The notes: generated by a model from the sequence alone, not told the origin. A stretch of 47,228 nucleotides of DNA from Planctomycetota bacterium (GCA_038213805.1 JBBQSO010000040.1:1-47228); one strand, 5' to 3'; numbered from the stretch's first letter, positions 36,964 through 46,730 are shown. Made by a program: numbers and translations.

Positions 36964-39450
36964 TCACTCCGGCAAACCGTCCTCTGCCCCCTCCATGCGC
37001 TCGACCACCAGGTCGAGCTCGCGGCTGCCCTGTTCCAAGTGCCCGGGGAACAGGCCGTCGGGCGCGTGCCGCCGCGCGACCTCCGCCACCGCTGCACCGG
37101 AGATCGTGCCATCCCGCAGCCCAGCATACGCGGTCACCAGCTCCGCGATCTCCGCCGCATCCAGATCCGCCAATTCCAGCACCCACGCGTCGACCAGACC
37201 CGCGGTGGGCTGCACGTGCGCGGGCGCGCACAGGCGGCGGCCTTCCCAGATCACGGTGTCGCCGTGGCGGCGGCGCTGCAACGTGTAGGGCAGGCCGCCG
37301 TCGCGTGCGACGGCGCGCACCGCGCGCGTCGCGCCGGCTGCCAGACCGTGGTCCTGACGGGTGAGCATCGCCGGCAGGCGCCCGTGCACGACCAGCGCCA
37401 GCGCGGGCGGTGCCGCGAGCTGCGCGCAGCGCGCCGCCAGGCGCGCGACCTCGCGGCCGCTGCACTCCAGGCTGATCACCGCGGCGCCGGCGCCGAGCTC
37501 GTGGAGCGCGAGCAGGGTCGAACTGCTGAAGACGTTGCAGAACAGGTCGGCAGTCACCGCCAGACCGGCGGCGTGCGCGGCGCGGATCACGCCGAGATGG
37601 CCGGCGACCACCGGCAGGGCGAGCGCGCGCAGGTGCGGACTGACCGCCGCGGTCGCGGGGTGGCGCAGCCACAGCGTGCCGGGCGCGAAGCCGGCGCTGT
37701 CGAGCACGGGCGGCGCCGCGCTCCACAGGTCGAGGGTGGCGTCGTCCAGCCACGCCGCGTCCGCGCCAGCGGCGAGCGCGGCGCGCGCGCCAGCCAGGGA
37801 ACCGCAAGCGACCCACAGCGCGGTGCGGCGTCGGCGCGGCGTGCCGGGTTCGGGCGGAGCCCAACGCACGGCAGACGCCGGCTCCTCCACAGGTGCCTGC
37901 GGGGTCTGCGCCGCAAGCGCGTCGACCAGCGCGCGGCGCAGCGCCTTGAGTTCCGAGGCCGGCACGAACAGCCCGCCGGCCACCTGCCAGTCGAGCGCGC
38001 CGAGGGCGAAACCAGTGCCGCCGAACGCGCCGAACTTGTCCCGGAACAGCGCGGCGTCGAGCGGCGCGTTCGCAGCGGGGGCGAGATCAACGCTGCCGTG
38101 CACGTCCGCGCTGCGGCCGTCAGCGCTGCGCGCGGCGACGCTGAGCGGCGCGCCCTTGCCGCCGCTGGCGCTGATCGCGAGCGCCACGGTCGCCTCGGGC
38201 GCGGCACCGACCGGCACCTGCGCCATCGCCGCCACCGCCTCGCGCTTGCGCTCGTGATCGGCGTTGCGGAACAGCGGCAGCTCGCCGACCAGGCGCGGAC
38301 CGTGCGGCGGGATACGCACTTTGCAGCGCCACAGGTCGCGGCCGCGCGGGTCGCGGTCGGCGGCGATGACCAGGAAACCGCCGGTGTAGAAACCGACCGC
38401 GAAGGCGAAGCCCTGTCCGGCGGTCACCGCCACGCGGCTGCGCACCACCACCTCGCCACGCGCGCGGTCGCCGCTGATCAAAGTGGCATCGGGGGTACGG
38501 TCCTGCGCGGGATCGTAGCGGTGCAGGCGCGAACTTTCGCCGTAGACGCCGGCCAGTGGCGCGGCGGTGTGCGGACGCGCGAAGACGTCCTTGAGCAGCT
38601 CGCGCGCGGCGGCGAGGTCGAGTTTCTTCCCGGCCTGCCAGGCCTCGGTGGCGGCGCGGTAGATGCGGCTGGTGGTATAGACGTAGTCGGGCCCCTTGAG
38701 GCGGCCCTCGATCTTGAGCGAGGCCACGCCCGCGTCCGCGAGCGCCGCGATCTCGCCGACCAGAGCCAGGTCCTTCATGCTGATCAGGGTGTCGGGATCG
38801 GTCTCCACAGCTGCGCCGGCGTCCGCCGCGACGTAGTCGAAGCGGCAGTTCTGCGCACAGGTGCCGCGGTTGGCGGAGCGGCAGCCGGCGAAGTTCGACA
38901 TCAGGCACTGGCCACTGAAAGCGTAGCACAGCGCACCGTGCACGAAGTGCTCGGTCTCGATGCCCAGGCGCGCCGCCTCACGCGTGCAGGCGGCGACCTC
39001 GGCGAGGGTCAGTTCGCGCGCCAGGATGACGCGCTGCGCGCCAAGCGCCGCCAGCGCCGCGACCTGGCTGGGGTCGTGCACGGTCATCTGCGTCGAGGCG
39101 TGCAGGTGCAGGCCCGGCAGCTCGCGCGCCAGCGTCCGCCACAGGCCCAGGTCCTGGACGATCACCGCGTCCACCCCGGCCGCGTGCGCGCTGGCGGCGA
39201 GGTCGAGCGCCTTCGGGTATTCGTCGTCGTGCACCAGGGTGTTCATCACCAGATAGCACTTCACGCCGTGGCCGTGCAGGTAGGCGACATGGTGCGGCAG
39301 CTCGGCCTTGCGGAAGTTCTCGGCGCGGCCGCGCGCGTTGAAGTGGCGCAGGCCGAGGAACACCGCGTCGGCTCCGCCCGCCACCGCCGCCGGCAGGCAG
39401 TCGGGCGAGCCAACCGGGGCGAGCACCTCGGGACGGCGGCGCGGCGCCAT
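36964..39450 (-). CDS. U32-family protein with DUF3656 (RlhA-like RNA hydroxylase / peptidase U32)
   Basis: PEVLAPVG...GADAVFLG...FNARGRA, HASTQMT, Fe-S motif EHFVHGALCYAFSGQC...ANRGTCAQNCR, SLKIEGRLK. Confidence 0.92.
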   Translation of the reverse strand: MAPRRRPEVLAPVGSPDCLPAAVAGGADAVFLGLRHFNARGRAENFRKAELPHHVAYLHGHGVKCYLVMNTLVHDDEYPKALDLAASAHAAGVDAVIVQDLGLWRTLARELPGLHLHASTQMTVHDPSQVAALAALGAQRVILARELTLAEVAACTREAARLGIETEHFVHGALCYAFSGQCLMSNFAGCRSANRGTCAQNCRFDYVAADAGAAVETDPDTLISMKDLALVGEIAALADAGVASLKIEGRLKGPDYVYTTSRIYRAATEAWQAGKKLDLAAARELLKDVFARPHTAAPLAGVYGESSRLHRYDPAQDRTPDATLISGDRARGEVVVRSRVAVTAGQGFAFAVGFYTGGFLVIAADRDPRGRDLWRCKVRIPPHGPRLVGELPLFRNADHERKREAVAAMAQVPVGAAPEATVALAISASGGKGAPLSVAARSADGRSADVHGSVDLAPAANAPLDAALFRDKFGAFGGTGFALGALDWQVAGGLFVPASELKALRRALVDALAAQTPQAPVEEPASAVRWAPPEPGTPRRRRTALWVACGSLAGARAALAAGADAAWLDDATLDLWSAAPPVLDSAGFAPGTLWLRHPATAAVSPHLRALALPVVAGHLGVIRAAHAAGLAVTADLFCNVFSSSTLLALHELGAGAAVISLECSGREVARLAARCAQLAAPPALALVVHGRLPAMLTRQDHGLAAGATRAVRAVARDGGLPYTLQRRRHGDTVIWEGRRLCAPAHVQPTAGLVDAWVLELADLDAAEIAELVTAYAGLRDGTISGAAVAEVARRHAPDGLFPGHLEQGSRELDLVVERMEGAEDGLPE

Positions 39451-39451
39451 C

Positions 39452-40816
39452 TCAGCCGCCGCCGGCCAGCAACGTGTCGGCGGCGGCGCGCTGCTCCGCG
39501 GGCAGCGAGGCGCACGCGCGATAACGCGCGAGCTGCGCGCGGGCTACCGCACGGTCGGCGGCGAGCGCGGCCTGCGCCGCGGCGATGGCATCGGCCTTGC
39601 CCGACAGCTGCGCGGCGGCCAACGCCGCGCGCGACGCGTCGCTGCCCGCCACCGCCTCATCGAGCCAGGCCTGGTGCAGGGCAGCGATGCCGTGGCGCTC
39701 CTGCCACATCGCCACGTCCCAGCCGCTCGCGGTCGCGCGCGCTGTGAAGAGGCTGGTGACGCCATCTTTCTCGCGTGTCCACGCGCGCCAGTCACCCGGG
39801 CTGGGCGTGGTCTCTTTCCACGCTTCGGCGGTGCGGATGCTGCCGCTCTCGAGCAGCTTCACGAGCGGCTGCAGCGCCGACTGCTCCACGCCGCCCACCA
39901 CTGTGGTCTTGCCCAGCACCACGCCGACCCAGCCGCGTACGAACTCAAGCTGCAGGCCACCATACCAGCGCACGGTGGCGCACTGCAGCGGCTGCGGCAG
40001 CAGGGCGTGCTCGCGGTAGTTTTCGGCCGCCGCCTGCGCGTGTTCGCGGTCCAGGCCGGGCGGGCGCTGCACCGGGATCGCGATCCAGTCGGCCGGTGGC
40101 AGCACGCCGGGCAGGCGCGCGCCGCGCGCCGGGTCGACCAGAACTGGCAGCGCCTGATGCGCGATCTCCAGCAGCACGGCTTCGGCGATGCTGCGCCCGA
40201 CCGCGGCCCACCACGGTGCCCAGTGCAGGTCGGCTTGGCCCACGCCCGCACCGCTGCGGTGCTCGACCGCGAAGCGGCGTGGCGTGGGATCGAGTCCGGC
40301 CGGCTGCAGGCGAGCCGCGGGGTGCCAGGCCGGGAAGCCGAGCTGGCTGGTGGTGATCACCACGCGCGCGCTGCAGGCGCCACCGGGCAGCTGCGGCCGC
40401 GACTCGCTCTCGGTGCCGACGCGGATGCTGCGGTCGCAGCCGAGCAGCACCGGCGGCGTGCCGAGCGGATCGAGCACTACCACACAGCCTTGCGCAGTGA
40501 GCCGCTCGGCCAGTGCGAGCAGCACGGCGCACGTGGGGCCACTGCGGTCATCGGCGGAGAGCGTCACCGCGCGCCAGGTCTCCGGGCCCTGCGCCGGCGG
40601 TGCGTCGGCCGGCTCCAGCCCGTCGACGACGCGGTTGCTCAGGGTCAGCGGCAGCGACGCGACGGTGTGGCGCTCGCCCTTGACCAGGCGGAACACACCG
40701 GGGGCGAGCTCGGGGCCGTTGGTGCCGGGTTCGGCCGCCGGCTTGAGCAGCGCGTAGGCGACAAGGGTGGTCGCGATGAGCGCCACCAGAATCAGGGGCA
40801 TGGCGCTGTTGCGCAT
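39452..40816 (-). CDS. Hypothetical membrane-anchored protein
   Basis: 454-aa ORF with an N-terminal hydrophobic anchor. Its stop is 1 nt from the U32 start, suggesting an operon. Confidence 0.7.
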   Translation of the reverse strand: MRNSAMPLILVALIATTLVAYALLKPAAEPGTNGPELAPGVFRLVKGERHTVASLPLTLSNRVVDGLEPADAPPAQGPETWRAVTLSADDRSGPTCAVLLALAERLTAQGCVVVLDPLGTPPVLLGCDRSIRVGTESESRPQLPGGACSARVVITTSQLGFPAWHPAARLQPAGLDPTPRRFAVEHRSGAGVGQADLHWAPWWAAVGRSIAEAVLLEIAHQALPVLVDPARGARLPGVLPPADWIAIPVQRPPGLDREHAQAAAENYREHALLPQPLQCATVRWYGGLQLEFVRGWVGVVLGKTTVVGGVEQSALQPLVKLLESGSIRTAEAWKETTPSPGDWRAWTREKDGVTSLFTARATASGWDVAMWQERHGIAALHQAWLDEAVAGSDASRAALAAAQLSGKADAIAAAQAALAADRAVARAQLARYRACASLPAEQRAAADTLLAGGG

Positions 40817-40920
40817 GGTCGGTCCTCGTCCGCCAGCGACAGGCGCCGGGCGGGCGCGCAGTGTCGCCGCCGCGGCCCCGCGGCAACCGCTTTCAGCCTC
40901 CAGTCCGGTCCTGCTTCTGA

Positions 40921-41154
40921 CAGCCGAATAAAACAGGAGCCGCGGAGACGCGGAGGCCAGAGGAGGGGAACCAAGGCTTGGTCCATTCCCGAATCTCCGT
41001 TCTTCCGGTCCTCAACCTCGATCACCTGCCCAGGTCCCGCCGCGAGCGGATCAACGTGGAGGACCGGAGAAACAGAGGATGAGAATGGGCGCGAGCCCGC
41101 ATGCAGTCCTCCTGCCTCTCCTCCGCGTCTCCGCGCCTCCTGCTTTATCCGGCC
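40921..41154. repeat. ~235-bp nested imperfect palindrome (REP/MITE-like)
   Basis: Outer arms ATAAAACAGGAGCCGCGGAGACGCGGAGG / CCTCCGCGTCTCCGCGCCTCCTGCTTTAT. Inner arms 40983-41023 / 41049-41088. Confidence 0.75.
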
Positions 41155-41199
41155 GTCCCACAGTCCGTCATGCCAGTGGCCGTAGGCCTGGAACCGCCC

Positions 41200-41778
41200 T
41201 CAGGGCGCCAGTTCCGGCCGGCTGCGGCCGAGGCCGGCGAGGCAGGTGGCGAAGTCCGCCTGCCAGTCGGCGAAGTGCGCGTCGCCGCTGGCGCAGACCA
41301 CGCAGATGCCGGCGCCCTCGATGATGGTGCTGCGCAGCACCTGGCGCACGGTGAACTGGCCGATGGCCATGCGGTAGGACAGGCGCACCCAGGCGTGCCC
41401 GGCGAGCATCTCGTCGCCCTGCTCGTCGATGGACACGTCGGTGCCAGTGCGTTCGAGGTCGGCGCGGCAGTGCGCGGCGTAGGCCGCGGGGGTCTCGTCG
41501 GGGGAGCGGCGCTCGACACTGGCACTGACCACGCCGCGCGCCCAGGCCAGGGCCGGATCGTTGGCCACGGCGGCGGCGGGCGGCGGGCTGCGCAGCACCA
41601 CCACCGCCCCGGCCACTTCGCGCTCGACGCCCCAACCGGCAGGTACGGCCAGGATCAGGGCAGTGCCCGTGAGCGCAGCGCTGTGCGGGCCAGTGGACGC
41701 TGACACGGCGGCTGGGGTCGCACCCGATGGCTCCGCTGTACGCGCGACGCACGGCGCGCCCGCCAGCATGCCCAGCAC
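41200..41778 (-). CDS. Secreted DcrB/PsbP-like hypothetical protein
   Basis: LAVPAGWGVE...VVSASVE...LAGHAWVRLSY...FADWQADFATCL is typical of Mog1p/PsbP-fold proteins. Start uncertain (41769 ATG, 41778 GTG or 41802 ATT). Confidence 0.6.
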   Translation of the reverse strand: MLGMLAGAPCVARTAEPSGATPAAVSASTGPHSAALTGTALILAVPAGWGVEREVAGAVVVLRSPPPAAAVANDPALAWARGVVSASVERRSPDETPAAYAAHCRADLERTGTDVSIDEQGDEMLAGHAWVRLSYRMAIGQFTVRQVLRSTIIEGAGICVVCASGDAHFADWQADFATCLAGLGRSRPELAP

Positions 41779-41804
41779 GGTGATGACGACGACGGCGCGA
41801 ATGG

Positions 41805-42329
41805 CTACTCCTTCTCGGGCTTGGCGTCGTAGGTCTTGCCGGCGCCGGGCGGTTTGGGGAAGCGCGCGCGATCGTCCGGACGCAGGTCCATCCCGCCGCT
41901 GGGCAAGCCGCCGGGGAAACCCGCCGGAAAGCCCCCGCCGAACGGCGAGCGGCCGCCGAACATGCCACCCATGGCCTTGCGCGCGATGCCCGCGACCAGC
42001 ACGTTGCCCACCTTGGCGAACAGGCTTTGGACCGGGGGCAGACTGAGCAGCAGACCGAACGCGCCGGTGAGGAAGCCGGGGATGATCAGCAGCACGGCGC
42101 CGAGCATGCCGATCACGTGGCGGCCTGCGCGCCCCTGCATCAGCGCCGGGGCGATGGCCTGCAGGTGGTAGCGGGCCAGACGCACGCCGACGATGGTCAA
42201 TACCAGCACCGCGAGAATGCAGCCCAGGTACTCGCGATGGGACCACTCGCAGACCTTGAGGAAGAACCACAGCTCGACCACGAGCAGGCCGATGACCACC
42301 AGGATCGCGAGGCAACCGATCTTACGCAT
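41805..42329 (-). CDS. fxsA: FxsA family membrane protein
   Basis: VELWFFLKV...TIVGVRLAR...GAVLLIIPGFLTGAFGLLLSLPP is the FxsA signature. Confidence 0.85.
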   Translation of the reverse strand: MRKIGCLAILVVIGLLVVELWFFLKVCEWSHREYLGCILAVLVLTIVGVRLARYHLQAIAPALMQGRAGRHVIGMLGAVLLIIPGFLTGAFGLLLSLPPVQSLFAKVGNVLVAGIARKAMGGMFGGRSPFGGGFPAGFPGGLPSGGMDLRPDDRARFPKPPGAGKTYDAKPEKE

Positions 42330-42409
42330 GTGTCCTCATTCGTGGCAGCGGCGCGCGGCCCAGGGCTGCTGACGACGTCCGCCGCAGCGGTCGCAGTGCG
42401 GATTCCGCG

Positions 42410-42757
42410 TCACTCCCCGCTGCTCGCCGGCAGGATCTGCTCCAGACCCACCGACATGCAGTAGTCGACGATATCGTTGCGCCGGCCGTAGCTGGCACCG
42501 GTTTCAACGCCGAGGCGCACCAGGGCGCGGCTGCTACCGGTCGCTGCGCGGCGGTATTCGTCTGCCAAGCGGCGCAGTTCGGCCTTGAGGCCATCCCAGC
42601 CGACGCGCTGGTGGTTGATGCTGTAGGCGCCCTCGTCGGTCAGGACATCGACCTGGATCACCGGGATGGGCTTGCGCTCCTGGTCCATGCAGCCGGGCAG
42701 CACGAGCAGCAGCACGGCCAACAGTGGCAGGCACCAGGGTGGGCAGGAGGCACGCAT
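42410..42757 (-). CDS. ExbD/TolR-like periplasmic-domain lipoprotein
   Basis: Lipobox LLLVLPGC. IQVDVLTDEGAYSINHQRV...LKAEL...LVRLGVETGASYG...IVDYCMSVGLEQI resembles the ExbD C-terminal domain. Confidence 0.65.
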   Translation of the reverse strand: MRASCPPWCLPLLAVLLLVLPGCMDQERKPIPVIQVDVLTDEGAYSINHQRVGWDGLKAELRRLADEYRRAATGSSRALVRLGVETGASYGRRNDIVDYCMSVGLEQILPASSGE

Positions 42758-42758
42758 C

Positions 42759-43853
42759 TCAGCGGATCAGGAAGCCGGGGCGGGTGAACGACCCGGCCGC
42801 GCCCTTGACGGTCATAGTGGGCCAGTCGGGGGTGCCGGCGGTGACCATGGTGCGCCCCTTGGCCTCGGTGATGAAGGTGTCTTCGCTCTTGGTGCCGGTG
42901 ATGGACGGGTTCCACGCTACCGCCTGGTGCAGCAATACCGTGCGCTTCTCGTCAGGAGTGGCCATGAAGTCGCGGCCGCTGTAGCCGGTTGGGCCGCCCT
43001 GGTGGTGCAGTTCCCACTCCTTGGCGTGTCCCTCGGTCTTGTACTGGTTGATGCCGGCTTTGAGCGCATCCCCGTAGGTGGCGCCGGGCACGGTCGCCTC
43101 CCACAGCGCGGACTCGATGCGCAGCACCGCCTCGTGACGCGCGAGCAGGTCGGGCGAGATCGGCCCGAAGTGGATGAGTCTGGTGAGGTTGGCGATGAGG
43201 CCGCCGCGCTGCCCGCAGATCACCATCATGGCCGCGTTGCGCAGGTGGTTGGCGGTCGGCGTGGGATGGCGGTAGCGCTCGATGCGCTGATCGGCGGCGA
43301 CCAGCAGCACGTGGGGCTGGATGCCGCGCGCGATCAGGTGGCGGGCCATGTCGGCCTCGATCTGGTGTTCGCTATCACCCTTCGAGATCTGCCGCGCGAC
43401 GGTCTCGATGACCAGCGAGCAGTCGCGGCCGAGGGCTTTGTAGCGGCGCAGTTCATTCTCGGTCAGGCTGGCGCGCACCTCCTGGACGAAATCGGCAGGC
43501 AGGCTGGGCAGGCCGGTCGCTTCGTGATCGTCGCTCGCGAATTTGCCCTCGGGCAGCAGCTTCTTGAGGCCGTCGCAGAGCGGCTGCGTCCACGGGAAGC
43601 TCTTGACGGTGAAGGCGCTGAGCGGCTCTTCATGACCCAGGCGCTCGGCCTCGATGCGGTTGGCGATGAGCAGCGCCTGCTTGGCCGTCACCACCAGCGC
43701 GCCGACCCCGCGCTCGGACTGCGCGATCACGTGATTGTCACCCCCGCCAGATAGCCAGGCGAAGTTCGCCCGGGAAACCAGCACCACGCCATCGAGTTTC
43801 CTGGCCTTGATGTAGGCGCGCAGGCGGGCGAGTTTCTCCACCGTCTCGGTCAT
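42759..43853 (-). CDS. M24-family Xaa-Pro peptidase-like protein
   Basis: RANFAWLSGG, YRHPTPT, GLIANLTR, HHQGGPTGY, AWNPSITGTKSEDT. Confidence 0.88.
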   Translation of the reverse strand: MTETVEKLARLRAYIKARKLDGVVLVSRANFAWLSGGGDNHVIAQSERGVGALVVTAKQALLIANRIEAERLGHEEPLSAFTVKSFPWTQPLCDGLKKLLPEGKFASDDHEATGLPSLPADFVQEVRASLTENELRRYKALGRDCSLVIETVARQISKGDSEHQIEADMARHLIARGIQPHVLLVAADQRIERYRHPTPTANHLRNAAMMVICGQRGGLIANLTRLIHFGPISPDLLARHEAVLRIESALWEATVPGATYGDALKAGINQYKTEGHAKEWELHHQGGPTGYSGRDFMATPDEKRTVLLHQAVAWNPSITGTKSEDTFITEAKGRTMVTAGTPDWPTMTVKGAAGSFTRPGFLIR

Positions 43854-43880
43854 GATGAATTCCCGTCCTGAGGACGGCTC

Positions 43881-44189
43881 TCAAAGGGGTTTAGTGGGAT
43901 CCTGAACTGGTACTTCCCGGGCCTGCGGGAGGGGCACTGCCGGGGTCGGTTCGGGCGGCGCCACGGCCTGGCGGCTGACCGCGCCATCGACCGGGGGCTG
44001 CGCGGGATGCTCGTCGCCCTGGTCGGTGTCCATGCCCTTCTTGAACTGGCGGATGCTGCCGCCCAGGCTGCGCATGATCTCGGGAAGGCGACGGCCGAAG
44101 AGCAGCAGGGCGACGACCAGGATGATGATCCAATGGCTGCCGCTGCCTAGATCGAATATGGCTGGCACGAGCTGCGTCGACGGGTCCAT
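43881..44189 (-). CDS. tatA: Twin-arginine translocase TatA/TatE subunit
   Basis: HWIIILVVALLLFGRRLPEIMRSLGGSIRQFKKGM. GAGG upstream of ATG 44189. Confidence 0.92.
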   Translation of the reverse strand: MDPSTQLVPAIFDLGSGSHWIIILVVALLLFGRRLPEIMRSLGGSIRQFKKGMDTDQGDEHPAQPPVDGAVSRQAVAPPEPTPAVPLPQAREVPVQDPTKPL

Positions 44190-44565
44190 AAGTGCCTCCT
44201 CGGCAAGGGCGCGAAGGATAGCTCCAGTGGGGTGACTGGCAAGCCCTCCGCACGCCTCATGAGCCGCACACGCGCACGCCGTGATGCATGCAGGCGCATG
44301 TCCGGGCCGCGGATGCGACCAATGATCGAGGCGCACGCTGCAGGCGCGGGTCCCGAGGTGCGATGCCTGATGACGCGTCCGAAACGCGGCATAATCCTCG
44401 CGTCCCGTGCCGCATGCCTGGTACCAGCTTCTCCCGTCCTCCCCCTCCCGTTCAGCCCTTGTTAACCCTGCGCCAGCTACCGCCAAGTCGTTCCATCGCT
44501 GCGCGATACGCCCATGGACGTGGGCCGGTGACGCTCTAGCCTGCGCCGCCACCGGAGCGACGACC

Positions 44566-45078
44566 ATGGACCTGCGCACCCTGATCCGCGATGTGCCCGA
44601 CTTCCCCAAGAAGGGCATCACGTTCAAGGACATCACCCCCCTGCTGGGCGATCCGCACGCGCTGGCGCAGGCGATCGCGGCGATCAGCGCGGCCCACCAG
44701 GGCCTGGGCATCACCAAGGTGGTGGGCATCGAGAGCCGCGGCTTCATCATCGCCCCGGCTGTGGCCCTGCAGCTGGGCGCCGGCTTCGTGCCCATCCGCA
44801 AGCCCGGCAAGCTGCCCTGGAAGTCGATCAAGCAGAGCTACGGCCTGGAGTACGGCACCGACACCGTCGAGATCCACGAAGACTCGGTGACCAGCGCCGA
44901 CCGCGTGCTGATGGTCGATGACGTACTCGCCACCGGTGGCACCATGGAAGCGGCGATCACCCTGGTGACCAAAGTCGGTGGTCAGATCGTCGGCTCGGCC
45001 TTCCTCATCGATCTCGCCTTCCTCGGCGGAGGGAAGCGGATCGGGGGGAAGGTGTTCAGCGTGATCACGTATACCTGA
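44566..45078 (+). CDS. apt: Adenine phosphoribosyltransferase
   Basis: IRDVPDFPKKGITFKDITPLL, GIESRGF, RKPGKLP, YGLEYGTD, and the PRPP motif VLMVDDVLATGGT. Confidence 0.97.
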   Translation: MDLRTLIRDVPDFPKKGITFKDITPLLGDPHALAQAIAAISAAHQGLGITKVVGIESRGFIIAPAVALQLGAGFVPIRKPGKLPWKSIKQSYGLEYGTDTVEIHEDSVTSADRVLMVDDVLATGGTMEAAITLVTKVGGQIVGSAFLIDLAFLGGGKRIGGKVFSVITYT

Positions 45079-45341
45079 GGGCGCTGTGCGCACCCGCAGG
45101 AGCGGACAGCGGCATGCGATCGCACCGGGAGAGCAGTTCACCAGCTCGCCTTGGAAGCGCTCAGGACGTAATCCGATTCGTGCGCATCGACCCCCGACTC
45201 GGATCGTGCCGCAAAATTGACGCTACCGGCGGTGCAGGCGGGCTGGGGCTCGCCTCGTCCCGGCGGGCGACTACAAGGGCGGGAGTGTCAGCAATTCCAA
45301 ACGCGCATGCACGGCTGCCCGTGCCGCGGTGCATGGAAGAT

Positions 45342-45415
45342 CGACCCCGGCGAGATTCGAACACGCGACCTTCGGTTTAGGAAACCAACGCTCTATCCAG
45401 CTGAGCTACGGGGTC
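45342..45415 (-). tRNA. tRNA-Arg(CCT)
   Basis: Minus strand GACCCCG TAGCTCAGCTGGATAGAGC G TTGGT TTCCTAA ACCGA AGGTC GCGTG TTCGAAT CTCGC CGGGGTC G folds as a cloverleaf with anticodon CCT. CCA is not encoded. Confidence 0.95.
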
Positions 45416-45559
45416 AGGTCCGCGGGAGCTTAAGCGCCTCACCCGCATGCAAAGGGGCAATCGGCCGGAATGCCCGGTGCTCGGCTGCAGGTCGATCGCG
45501 CCGCAAGACTCCGGCACAGCCGGGCCCCACCTGGAGCACCGGCCGCCGGTTCAGCGCGC

Positions 45560-46645
45560 TCACGGCGCCGGCATCACTCCGACGAAGGCGGGACCGGCCG
45601 GGACTTTGGTGGTGGCCAGCTTGGTGAAGGCCCCGGTCTTCGCATCGACGCTGAAGCTGGTGACGTAGTCGGCCTTCTGGCTGGCCACGTAAGCGAAGCG
45701 GCCGCTGGGATCGAGGCAGAAGCCGCGCGGCTGCTTGATCTCGCCGCCCGCGGTCTCGTGGCCGGTCGCAGTGAGCTCGCCGGTCGCGGCCGCGGCCGCG
45801 AAAAGCGCAACGCTGTCGTGCCCACGGTTGGTGCCGTAGACGTGGGCACCATCGCCCGCGACCCAGACCTCGGCGGTGGTGTTCTTGCCGGTGAAGCCGA
45901 CGGGCAACGTGCTGACGGTGGCCGGTGCGGAGAGCAGGCCGGTCGCCGTATCGTAGGCGAAGCGGGTCATCGTGCCGCCCAGTTCGTTGATGACGTACGC
46001 ATACTTCATGGACGGCGCGAAGGCCATGTGGCGCGGACCGGCGCCGGCCGGAAGAGTGACCACCGCCGGATCATTCGGAGTCAGCGTGCCGGTGGCCGCG
46101 TCGAAGCGGTACTGCGCGACGAAGTCGCTGCCCTTGAGCGGCACGAACACGAAGGCGCCGGCGGGGTCGCAGACCACCTGGTGCGCGTTGACGCCGGGCT
46201 GCAGCGTCTGGGTCGCGACCCCGAGGCCGCCATCGGCGCGCACCGGCAGCACGCCGACGTGGCCGCTACCGTAATTGGCGACAAACACCCACTTGCCCGA
46301 GGGATGCACGACCACGTGGCAGGGGCCATTGCCGGCGGCGGGCACGTCGTTGATCCTGGTCAGCGCACCGTCGGCCTTGTTGATGGCAAACGCGGCGACC
46401 TTGCTCTCGCCTTCGATCACTGCGTACAGGAAGTGATGGTCGGGCGACCATGCCAGCCACGACGGTCCCTTGCCGACCTTCTCGGTGACGCTGGACGGGG
46501 TCAGAGCGCCGGTCGTCTCGTTCAGCACGAAGCACACCACCGTCGGGCTGTCGCCGGAAACGTAGACGAAGTGCTTCTCGGCGGCAGCGCCCGAACCGGC
46601 GACGGCGACCAGGGCGGCGAGCAGGAGCGGACGGAGCATGGACAT
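45560..46645 (-). CDS. Lactonase family 7-bladed beta-propeller (6-phosphogluconolactonase-like), secreted
   Basis: GPSWLA, GPCHV, VANYGSG, NAHQV, GAGPRHMAF, YVINEL, YGTNRGHDS, PRGFCLDPSG. Signal peptide present. Confidence 0.9.
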   Translation of the reverse strand: MSMLRPLLLAALVAVAGSGAAAEKHFVYVSGDSPTVVCFVLNETTGALTPSSVTEKVGKGPSWLAWSPDHHFLYAVIEGESKVAAFAINKADGALTRINDVPAAGNGPCHVVVHPSGKWVFVANYGSGHVGVLPVRADGGLGVATQTLQPGVNAHQVVCDPAGAFVFVPLKGSDFVAQYRFDAATGTLTPNDPAVVTLPAGAGPRHMAFAPSMKYAYVINELGGTMTRFAYDTATGLLSAPATVSTLPVGFTGKNTTAEVWVAGDGAHVYGTNRGHDSVALFAAAAATGELTATGHETAGGEIKQPRGFCLDPSGRFAYVASQKADYVTSFSVDAKTGAFTKLATTKVPAGPAFVGVMPAP

Positions 46646-46730
46646 GGGACCTCGGGAATGGGGTGGTGGAAGGGATACGGTAGGGATGGGGTGGCGCTGA
46701 CCAAGGGGTCGGAATCACAGACCTGCGACA

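Noticed and set aside
45186..45194. ATCGACCCC match to the tRNA-Arg 3' end as a second att site
   Set aside because: Only 9 bp in GC-rich DNA, with no integrase or cargo between the copies; likely chance.
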